Shown one piece after another: positions 25,601 through 35,100 of a DNA stretch of 64,000 bases. The notes beneath the pieces are model-generated. The model was not told where the DNA came from. It worked only from the letters and a program-made list of their open reading frames with translations, and did not search any database. The DNA is from Nemertoderma westbladi. Taxonomy: Eukaryota > Animalia > Xenacoelomorpha. The translations under genes and the position numbers were made by a program. Position 1 is the first letter of the stretch, and each line of letters starts with the position of its first letter. The stretch spans positions 1 to 64,000 of the forward strand of contig JAUCBJ010003070.1 in the NCBI GenBank assembly GCA_032718475.1. Direction: 5' to 3'.

Positions 25601-26888
25601 TCGCGCGTTGACCAAGCTCAGCCTGAGAAGCTCAGCTGCTGAGAAGTTGGATAGTGCCGGATTTGCCCTATTTAAGGATATTTGCATCGAGAATTTACAT
25701 TCTTCTGTTATACAAAGACCTCGACTCACCACAGGTTATTCTGTCGTTGAGATTCAAACAGTAGGTCCACCAGAAGAGTCAACTACGCTCGCCGCAGCTA
25801 CACACTGGGAAGACGAGCCTATGTGTATGGAATCTGAGGAGATTCAACCTACTACGCCCCGGAACAGCGACAACGATTATATTATCGAATGGTATCAAGG
25901 TCCACAGTGTCTCACTGCGTACGATTATCGCCATGCCAACTATGTTGATCGTCAGCGTTGTCGGTTATGCGCATCTAGAGACCATATTACGCCTATGGAT
26001 ACGAATATCCTATGTTCCTATTTCCACGAACAGCCTTCGATGGAAATTTACTGCGCTTATTGTCGACTCAATGATTCGCACATTTTTGCTGTCTGCCCCC
26101 AGTTCATGACGCAATGCCACCATTGTCAGCTGAAAGGACACGCCAGCTTTGATTGTCCCTTCAATAAAGATTTGGAGAGTGTAGACGAAATGATTGTACT
26201 CCGTTACATTCGAGCTTGGGAAGCGAACGCTGATTTACATTGTAACTCACGTCATCGCTACTACCCTGGACGCGCTTACGAAGGAGTCTATGCGTTCCAT
26301 CCGTATTTATTCGCTTCTGTCGAACAGAAAGCGTGCATCCCGAGTTACGAGCTATTAAAGCGCGTCGGAGAATGTATTTCGACTAAGTTTGTGCGCAAAT
26401 TCCTTAGGAGAGTTAACCCCAATGATATTCATTCCTATTATTTAATCAACTTTATCCGACGCGATCCGGACTATGGAGAATTATTCGTTAACTCGCATCC
26501 TGAGTTACAAGAAGTATATCGAAGGCCTTACGAATATCGAGCCCGCGAACGCGAGTTGGAGAGAACCGTTAAACCAAGACAGTTTCTGACAGCCTACGGT
26601 CCACCCACGGCTTCCGTTCAGACCACTCGCAGAGGACCTGTGAGAGCAGCCGTCCTAAAACGAGCCCTAAAGGCCGTTAGACCCCAGTCCCCCGATGTTG
26701 ATGACAACCTACCCGGAACCTCAACTGGCGGATATACCGACAACAATCCTGCACCCTCTGATGCAATTATATTGCACCCTTCACCCAGGAGTTATAGCCC
26801 TCCTTGTAAAGTGGCTCGCCCCAAAGAGAAAAGGACTCTGGCTAGCTTTAAAAAACTGCGTAAACGCCGTCCGCGCAAGAAAGACTAA
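22635..26888 (+). CDS. Cargo ORF2 of BEL-1 (1417 aa): predicted DEDDy-like 3'-5' exonuclease region, Cys/His zinc fingers, basic C-terminal NLS-like tail
   Basis: Uninterrupted 4.25-kb ORF. VVTYDNEG (ExoI-like), ILKIGSAVYGDL (ExoII-like), FVDTQ, YTILE (ExoIII-like). CAYC...H...C and CHHCQLKGHASFDC. Ends KKLRKRRPRKKD. The ORF is certain; the domain call is by eye. Confidence 0.75.
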   Translation: MTELIEDDLGIRERYNVPLQAFVDSLIGGEPGPTTTEEDGRYIEPPMSQEQLTRELDYRKFTARYTHRNGTYMDFLTTGHPIDLHDTDDVDTEREMVLFKYHAQRSRNDKPRTDHENSIRNRLDRENVEEPDKRINFNDYLEFLRETYLNIASQQNLETRYPQGIHHDPMVELQRLYFTMMYLTADRPLPVVPDSFAQMEEYCKTGERSPAFPLQDLRLWYYCDECPRPNQQTERHKHPRRRCAKHSFTRCTYGSFERNLFDVSPTVARLKRSLNKPMIRVPEYSVRPPHSPVRPQTLDPNSITDPPELYSLFKDLVLPEQLIGGTPVVGSLDIRPSYLAGLGRGHLISPFNPYNRPGLTPIQPATEVEESVIRNALDAIRQKIGKGTQDYLEKRKLQQQVQAVKDLALPQFDREIQNLEDDIELGRTYSLQEFLDERMRQRAEENQLEKKHTEMDEREEAALAQPETQILMTDLYSKTIRHPSMIPNFGDKLFAKVQPQPVDISTGSHQLIADAPMLQRPPIEAARVDGILVEPPDNRADLVRRMVHDVNIRAPPLTNSFYGIKDHPYYVNLTQYYMIKPEDPMHSLKFLPLINPLDIVELEQLQKHLDQLVKVNSFRKPYNISRIENDTIPPYNLDGFIKTRLVHWNLDVLFEEERIKRHGNMETCNTQSLKYSDLPDANQCATLWHPVGMTLENATKEWNETLNIIEMYGVVTYDNEGSVPVGELGTTRMIHIRGLAGSTHVFTRACSDVIDYSFETLTETQKNLRHGQFVLAQRYVIDTERKPAMGIDGSMLPQPVLEMLFNEKILKIGSAVYGDLQNDFRNMEDTPYPFVDTQLIAPWAEGRGFFRTMYANTSNDITKVQRTSIGHIAFQEYGWNFKVGNSLNYQQVYGDHYSRLYFDGPLTAPGAVYSFMSVPLRPSLAIYTILENTALSGWLADVCSRTIRAHPLILGTKLAKLDEHNKFIRFECFRRFLTPFHNVDSQFKDRALTKLSLRSSAAEKLDSAGFALFKDICIENLHSSVIQRPRLTTGYSVVEIQTVGPPEESTTLAAATHWEDEPMCMESEEIQPTTPRNSDNDYIIEWYQGPQCLTAYDYRHANYVDRQRCRLCASRDHITPMDTNILCSYFHEQPSMEIYCAYCRLNDSHIFAVCPQFMTQCHHCQLKGHASFDCPFNKDLESVDEMIVLRYIRAWEANADLHCNSRHRYYPGRAYEGVYAFHPYLFASVEQKACIPSYELLKRVGECISTKFVRKFLRRVNPNDIHSYYLINFIRRDPDYGELFVNSHPELQEVYRRPYEYRARERELERTVKPRQFLTAYGPPTASVQTTRRGPVRAAVLKRALKAVRPQSPDVDDNLPGTSTGGYTDNNPAPSDAIILHPSPRSYSPPCKVARPKEKRTLASFKKLRKRRPRKKD

Positions 26889-26966
26889 CGGTTTAGAGTA
26901 TTTATGTATATTAGAAACTGCGATTTTGTATATTTTATAGACTTCAATCTCATTTTCTGGGAGCGG

Positions 26967-28194
26967 TGTAAAAGCTTCTGTGGGATGTAACTGGCCCTTC
27001 GCCCCGCAACCCAGTTTTTCCCCCATACGCTAAAATACTCTGAAACCTACTGTAAAGGTTTTTCTGAGATATGACTGATTTGTTTTCTTTGCTAACCAGT
27101 TCCCCCCTCCAAGGCGTTGGAATCCTCCAGGAGGGATCTGAGCTGTTCGATTGGCCAGCCGGCTTGGGAAGGTTGCCCCAGTTACCCATAGCCCTGCGTT
27201 GAGTTAGTTCTGATTTCGACCAATCCCGAGCTACTGAACTGAAATTATCCTATCTCACTGCCGATTACATGTGTTGAACGGGATTCTTGGAAAATAAGAG
27301 AGCTAAAGTCACGGGACTTTTGTTATGATTTTGAGACTTTATTATCAGAGTTTTAAGACCGTGTTGAGATAGCGAAATGTTTTCTGCCTTTTTTGTAAGA
27401 ACATTAGTAGGCAAAATTATAGAAAGCATAGCTATTATCGACTCATTTAATTCATTGATCTCATCACTTGCAATCTAATTGTATCTTAACCTACCGTCAT
27501 ACTGCTTTTACTGTTTGTAATTTTGTATCAGTATAATTGGATGTTATTAGTTGAAGAATATCAATAATCAACCCACATTTTCCCAATATCCTTGATACAC
27601 TACAGGTTAGAGAGAAGGGTTATGTACAACAATTGCGACTTTATTATTGTGTTTGTAGTGAATCTAATGTTGTTTGACAGACACTACCTGAGTCCAGTGC
27701 ATATCTCTTTATACCTGATCAAAGTCAGTAACTGTCGGCATATCAGTGAGCAGTGTTGTGCGTTACCGGTAGCGTGCGTGATTGTAAAGTGATTGGATCT
27801 GATAATAAAGCATTCCTAAAGAATGCGCCCTATGCTTGAAATTTAAGCCATATCGTTGTGTGTAGTATCAGTCATAACTCTGTTTACATAGGTAGAGCGC
27901 CACGTCCTAAAAGGAACTGCTAATATTTCCCGAAAGTGAATAATATTTGTCAGAGATTATATATTAGTAATCAATCGAATAATACAGTAGGCTTGACCGC
28001 AAATAAATTTAAGCCCACGAATCCAGTCTCCCGGTGTTATAAACGGGTCATTTGGACGCGCATGGACTGGCTTCGGCTAATGTTTTTGGTTTGTTTTTGT
28101 ATTAAATCTTGTCATCTTATAAAAGGCAGTTTATCAATAAAGACATATAAATTTCGGCAGGTTAAACTGCTGAAGGTCTATAAAAGCGCGTACA
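26967..28194 (+). repeat. 3' LTR of BEL-1
   Basis: Direct repeat of 13450-14677, followed by the TSD ATTAT. Confidence 0.95.
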
Positions 28195-28575
28195 ATTATA
28201 ATTATTTGAAATTCTACAGCGCAGTTTAAGATTGCTAGTGCGGCTAGGAGATGCGAAACGAGTCTGTGACAAAGGCCAACAATATGACAACGTTTAGAGG
28301 CCTACAGTACTACCGTTTCCAAAATCCACGGAATATAACAGATATGGGGGGAAACTGGGCGGGAATAGGGGGGCAATAAAAATTCATCCCTCTCCAGGGG
28401 AATAACAGCATATATAGAATATAGGTATATACATATATATATAGAATAACGCAAATAACAGATGATTACTCTCAAAAATAAAACTGTAACCTGTTCTTTT
28501 GTGTTTAGTTTATTGCTTTGGTTAAAATATCGTGCCACTGTAACCTGCACCTTTCCCTAAATTCAGAATTTAACA

Positions 28576-28900
28576 TTGATGCGGGATATTACTTCGCCAA
28601 GGCGGATTTTGCGTCGAGTTCCCCCAGGAGGGCAGTATAGCTTTGCAGGACATTGCTTTCGCCGTGAGGACCAGCCAGTGCATATGCATAATCTTGTACT
28701 TTGGCAGCCTCATGGAGTGAATAAGCATGGTGGCCAGCCCATGACTTTCTTGAGACGCATCTTAAAAGACACTGGCCTTGACGATGCGGATGATCTAGCA
28801 AATGTCATGGGTGATAGGGAGTTGTGGCGGTGCAATTTTGTCGATAAGCCGGCACAGCATTCTTAAAAATTCAGCTGCAATGCAGCATGCCGATCCTAGT
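28576..28900 (+). mobile_element. RTE-clade LINE 3' fragment
   Basis: Translation FAGHCFRREDQPV...LVLWQP...DRELWR resembles the RTE C-terminus at 43415-44038. Confidence 0.7.
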
Positions 28901-28904
28901 AGTT

Positions 28905-29040
28905 GTTAATTTCGGAACGAAGTCTTCAAGGACTAGCAGGGCGCATCTCGCTTCCTTAAATGGTAGCTAAATTCGTACTGGAATTCCCTCTGGGGAGAAT
29001 ATGTGAAGGAACCATTCAAATGAATTTCGTTACACTTTTT
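28905..29040 (+). mobile_element. Partial SINE, same family as 10620-10900
   Basis: CAGGGCGCATCTC...CCTTAAATGGTAGCTAAAT...CCTCTGGGGAG matches the central domain of that SINE. Confidence 0.6.
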
Positions 29041-29269
29041 CCACCATAACCAAACCATAGACACTTTGTATACGCAATATTCCATTCCTACCCCCGGTTT
29101 TTATATACTGTATATTTAATTATTAGGGCTATTTATTCGCCCAGTTAAATGAAAGATAAAATACGGTTATGGTGGAAAATAAAATCGCCTCCTCAGCTCA
29201 TTAGAACAGGCTGCTTCTAGTGTTGGTATTTTTATTAACTCCAAAAAGACCAACATTTTTACAGTTAAC

Positions 29270-29880
29270 TTTGAAAAAGTCAGCAAATCTCTGATCGGAT
29301 GAGCATAAACTCAAAGGATGGTATGCTTGAGCATGTGGACAATTTCTGTTACCTGGGATCGTGGAACCGGAAGTCTGGTGAGGACCTTCGAATACATAAG
29401 GGAAAGGCACGGGCATTATTGAACAGAATACGTCGGAAACTTAAGGCCCAATTATTTAGAGCAGAAGTAGTTCCAGTACTCCTCTATGGGAGACCATACT
29501 GGGCTCTAACTGCTGAGGACACAAATCTCTGGATGGCACATTCACAATAATGTACTTCGGGTTCACTTGGTACAATGCACACATCTCCAATCAGACACTA
29601 TATATAACATTAGAAGTGTCTCATTGGTCCGTGAGGACCACCTTGTGCACAATCTTGTGCTTTGGCAGCCCCATGGAAAAACTTCTGTAAGCATGGTGGA
29701 CAGCCCATAACTTTCTTGTGGCGCCTCCTAAAGGACCCTGGCCTTGAAGATGCGGATGATCTAGCAAATGTCATGGGTGATAGGAAGTTCTGGAGGTGCA
29801 ACTTTGTTAATAAGCCCGCATAGAATTTTTAATGCACGCTGCATTGGGCTTGCCAATTGTGGATTTCATAGTGGTGACAA
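29270..29880 (+). mobile_element. Degenerate RTE-clade LINE 3' fragment
   Basis: LEHVDNFCYLGSW...LFRAEVVPVLLYG motifs; 3' part similar to 28670-28860. Confidence 0.7.
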
Positions 29881-30049
29881 AATGTATTTGTTAAGCAGGC
29901 ATAAATTCGTAGGACTTGCATTTAAAAACCGACGTATCCTTTTTGCTTTACCATAGAATTTAATCAATATTAATCAAACATTTATCATCTGACCAAAACC
30001 CATTTAAAAATTATTCAGTGTTTAGTATTATAGAAACATTTGATATATA

Positions 30050-32062
30050 CAGTCGGGGTCTCAAAGTGCATCTGTTCTTTGAGATTTTCTCAAAGTTTTT
30101 CTAAAAGTGTCTAAAAGTCATTACATTACTCCCAACGGCCGCTTTGAATTCTTGTAGACACTTTTAGTTTGGAATCTCAAAGTGATTTCCTGCTTTTAGG
30201 CACTTTGAATTCTTTGAGAAATGTCACTTTGAGGTAGTTTGCGGCACTTTTAATTCTTTGAGAAAATAAACTCCGAGGTATTACTGATTGACAGCTCGTG
30301 GTATGTTAACTGAGAGGCAGAGGCATTCTCGGGGAACATGCGGGCAACAAAGTGATACTTGTGTGTTGGCCAGTTGTTGCATAGAAGCTATATTCCCATT
30401 AATTTATCAAATTGAGGTTCCTGAGGTCATTACGGGATGGGTTTTCGGTCGCAAGTACAAATTGAATTTACGGCACCCTAAAGTCTTTCTAAAAAACATT
30501 CATTTAAATAATACATGAAACATAATTAGTGAAACAAGATTAATGCTTGACAAGATTGATTATTTTAATAACATAATACAATATCAGATTAACAATTAAT
30601 ATAAGAGAAACTGCACTGTAGTATCTCTGTGTATACGCAGTTTCATTATAATGACCTAAAGAAGCCCTGTTGGGAGAAAGCTTGTAATAACATTTGTTAT
30701 CGATTTTATTAGTCACCTCAGGTCAAACCGTACTACCTTAACTGTTTAATTAATATGATAACTATGTTGACGAGAGCGCGAGAATTCCTTCTTAAAAACT
30801 AAGAAAGGCTTTCGACTTTCAAGTGAACGGCTACTTGTGTTGTTTTAGCTTAATAGAGATATTAAAATATCCCCTGCCGCTGGCGTTTATATTTGAGCAT
30901 ATTTTAAATGTTTGCCTCATATTCAATTGATGTGTACCGCCTTCTGGCAAAGCGGTACCCAGTTTAAACTATCAATCACAGCTAGTGAGTAGCGACCCAC
31001 GGACGGCGACCTTCAAACAAACAGGTGCAGAGTCGGAAAGAACTGTCACATGCTTTGCTTGGCTTGTGGTACCATTTGATTACATAATAGATTTTGGCAG
31101 ACTGGGCGGTCGCTCTGACCATATGCATTGCGCACCAACAATGCCTAAAACATCTATGGGAACAGCCAATTAGTGCGCTTGAATCATTTACCTTTATTCC
31201 TGCCTCTATCTTTATTCTTTACTTTGTATAACACAATTTACAGTGCGGCAAAGTATGGCTGGTTGACCATTGAAATGCATTGGTAAAGGTATTCGGCGTT
31301 CACGTGGGCTAAACAAATTTAAACAGTACAGTTTTAGCACTATACATTAATATAGATAGGGCAACAGACAAACTGTCTATGACACAAATACCAACACATT
31401 CCGATATCCCGCAATTATGGCGTCTCTAAAGAGTCCAAATATAAATTAATAAAATCCTCTATGAAACAATAAAAATACCTACAAAAAATACTGCTGTATT
31501 AAATATTAGTTACTGCAGTAACATATAACAATTACTGCAGTAACAAATATTTATTACTGCAGTAATAAATATTTATTACTGCAGTAACAAATATTTATTA
31601 CTGCAGTAACAAATATTTATTACTGCAATAATCAATATTAATAAATTAATAAATAATTGAATAAAAATTTATACTGCAGTAATCAATATTAATAAATAAT
31701 TGAATAAAATATTTCTACTGCAGTAACAAATTATTTGTTACTGCAGAAAAATACAATTTTTTATTACTGCAGTAAGTTTAATTCTTACTTTCAGTAACAA
31801 ATATTTATTACTGCAGTATTTTTTGGAGGCATCTTTATTGTTTCATAGAGGTTTTTATTACTTATATTTTACCCTATAGTCAAAGTCAATATACACCATA
31901 CCATAGCCAGCTTCAGGCACGACTGTATGAAATGACTGACAGTACTACTTTGAAATCTTTGAGGACACTTTGTCATTTTCTTGGACCACTTTTAGAAATT
32001 TGAGACACTTTTAGTTCTTTGAGAAAATCTCAAAGAACAGATGCACTTTGAGACCCCGACTG
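30050..32062. mobile_element. Non-autonomous TIR DNA transposon
   Basis: Perfect TIR of ~45 bp (CAGTCGGGGTCTCAAAGTGCATCTGTTCTTTGAGATTTTCTCAAAG) at both ends, flanked by TA; subterminal CACTTT/TTTGAGA repeats; no transposase ORF. Confidence 0.85.
31426..31879. mobile_element. Palindromic MITE nested in 30050-32062
   Basis: Imperfect ~90-bp inverted arms (CCTCTATGAAACAATAAA / TTTATTGTTTCATAGAGG) around a ~22-bp TTACTGCAGTAA-containing tandem repeat. Confidence 0.65.
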
Positions 32063-32198
32063 TATTTCAAAATATTCCCCAATAATATGCACCTTAGATA
32101 TTTATATTAAGTAATAGTAATTAGTATTATATAGAGTACAGAAATACAACTGAAATACCAAACATTCCAGGTAGAATTCGCTGAAACTAGTTGTTTAT

Positions 32199-35100
32199 CT
32201 ACATGCAAATCATTTGCTTCTTCTCTGTGCACTTCTCAATAGATTTATCCATCGCTTTCGCGGGGAACCAAAGAGTTATAAAGAATGCTGTAATTAGAAA
32301 AAGTAAAGATTATTAGGTTAGAATATATAAGATTGAAGTACTTATTGCTATTTTTATCTGAAACATGACTCTGGAAGTAGTTTTAGTAAAAAAATATTTT
32401 AATATATCATAATGTGATATATTTTGATTCATTTAATATAATTTTCACTTTTATAAAGATTAGAGTTGTAGTTGAGTAACAACTAACGATATTTTATTGT
32501 TTCAGAATCAATTTGTTTGTTGTGAATAATATAACTCCTGAAAGGCAGAAAAATCCTCCCACGAAAATCCTTCCATCTCAGAATGAGCGACTTCCGTCGG
32601 GAAGGAATGTTGTTTTGAATGAATATTTTCATGGAATTATGTTTTATTAAGTCGAGGACTGAGCTGGAGTTGGTGAAAAAGATTGAACCGCTTTACTATT
32701 CTGAAACATACAGTACTATTCTGACTGAGCGTGCGTTACAATAATCTCTAACTCATATTCGGTATAAAGAACGTTCTCATTCAATTATTTATAATAATAA
32801 GTGGATTGTTGTGGGTTGAGTGACGCGGTGTAATAAATATACAATGTAAATAAGACAATATGATAATGTCATATTGTAATGATACAAATTCACTTATTAT
32901 TAATTAACAGCCTGGGCCAGGCATACGGGGTTACAGTGGTTTCTACAACACTGTATAATAGTTATTCTTTGAGGCATGGTTGCCATTTCTGGCAGAGCAC
33001 GGGAATAACGAAAGTTGTACTTTACTTTGAGTGATTAGTTGGCCTAAATATGATCTCCCACTCCACAGCGAAATATTCATCCGGTCTGGTAGCTCAGTAC
33101 ACTCACCCGGCTGATGATAACCAGAAGTTTGAAACCTAGGTACCGGGTTCGAGCCCCAATAGGGCCGGTTGATATTTTTCGCTATGGAGAGCATTATCAT
33201 ATTGACTTATTTACATTGTATATTTATTAATTATTTGTTTACGTTATGCGTAAACAAATATTGCGTTTACGTGTGCTATTTAACTCAACACTAACCTATT
33301 GCAGTTACACATCCAATTAGTACGAATAGTCCAGTCCACCCCAGTGGTTCAGACAATAATGTTGAAACCAACGCTCCCAAGTTTGCCATAGCAACTTGGT
33401 TCGTAAATAGAAGCCCGTAATTTGCTGCAGCATTTTCCACTCCAAAATACCTATTTAAGCAAACTATACTTTAAGGTGGCAAACTTTGAGGTGGCCAATT
33501 ATATTTATTTCACTTGAGAAAAAAATAGCTTCTTTCACTGGCCACTGGCAATTCTAAAATTTTAAAATGAAAAACCCGACACTTTTATTTTATCGAAAAC
33601 TATATTTCATCTGATAAATTCAATATGTTACCGGTACTAAATTTATATTTCATTTGCATTAATTACTTATAAACAGTAGGTATAGAAGTTACAATTATTA
33701 CTGCTGTCGCGAAAATTAGAACTTTCAGTACTGTAGGCCTACTGTACTGTAGTACCGTTAAAGGAATGTAGTCTCAATATATTAGGAAGACGGTATATCA
33801 TTTTATTTTACGAATTATAATTTTTACTAATTTACAAAATAATATGTTCAATCGCAAAACGCAAAACTATAAGTTTTTCTCCAGGTTCTTCTGGAATTAA
33901 AACGTTATTCAGGGGATCTTACTTATATGTATAAAATAGCTTCAGCGATCCATCGACTATGTCCTGTTATGCACTTGTTTTCACTACGGGAAAAATAGGT
34001 TTTTTCAAACATAATACTTTTACGTATAGAATATTTTTCTTATTTTATACTTATATCTCTGTTGTCAATAAATAAATACTTTCTGTAAAATTCTGAATTT
34101 TATTTAGTTATAAAACGGGTAGATAATAATATAAGAAAACAGAATAGTAGGTTTTGAAGATAGTTTCAGTTTGTTATTGCTAGATAGATATATATATCTA
34201 ATAGATATTTATTACGTACCGCGTTGTAGCAGATGGAAACAACGAAAAGCATCCAGAAAATGTAAAGAATGTTAAAACAATCCATATGAAGAACATTGGT
34301 TTACCCCCGTATGTGTTTAATGGAAGAGTGAGAACCAAAACAGTTACAATTCCACTTATTACAAGCATCACAGTCCTATAGGACAACCGGTCCGCTAAAT
34401 AGCCCCAGAAAGAACGTCCGAATCCGTTGCCAACAGAGGCGATCGATCCGACTATTTGGAGGAATTTGTCATCATCGATAAATGTTTGTCCGAAAGTCTG
34501 AAAGAAAAATAATACAATTAAAATCATTCCGTCACAGTATTGTCTACTATAATCTGTGGCCTGCTGCATTGAAGCTGCAGATTGAGATGCTGTGCTGGCT
34601 TGAAAATTAATTTTTCCTTTACCATGCAATCCACAATTACTTGCATCAGAAACGCAGCGTGCATTAAGAATGCTACTGTATGGCGGCTTGCTTATTAAAA
34701 AATTGCACCGCCACAACTCCTTATCCACCATGACTTTCGCGAGATATTTTCTACAGTATTCAATAGGTAATCAAGGAACCCCTAAGTTCAATTAGATGTA
34801 CGTATACTCACTACATGTACTCAAAATAAATTACTACTACAGTATTTGAACTGGATTATTTAATACCATGATGTAACCTACAGTTATTTTTGGTAAATGG
34901 TCAAACATCCACAAATCCAATACAAACATCCAAAAATACATGTTTTATACCTTTATACTGTACAGTTTACAGAATTGAATTTGCGTTGCGTACAGCTTTG
35001 CAAAGTCGTTCCCTCTGGGATCGAACCTTTAATTAATGACATTCATTTAATGAATATTACATAAAAGCACTGCCTAATTTACACATTCAAAAATTATACT

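Larger units (their letters stand above)
13450..28194 (+). mobile_element. Non-autonomous BEL/Pao-derived LTR retroelement with two large ORFs (element BEL-1)
   Basis: TGTA...TACA LTRs of 1228 bp at both ends; 5-bp TSD ATTAT (13445-13449 and 28195-28199); PPT-like GGGAGCGG before the 3' LTR; BEL-type gag-pro. Confidence 0.95.

Noticed and set aside
22635-26888. ORF2 as envelope protein or Pol
   Set aside because: No signal peptide or TM segment, and no RT YxDD or integrase DDE pattern visible.
33105-33140. Second hammerhead (CTGATGA...GAAAC)
   Set aside because: Stem II is only ~3 bp with poor closing geometry; likely chance within the tRNA-like head.
34498-34731. N-terminal part of ORF 34198-34731 as part of the transporter
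   Set aside because: Intronic RTE fragment read-through; the exon starts at the acceptor at 34497.
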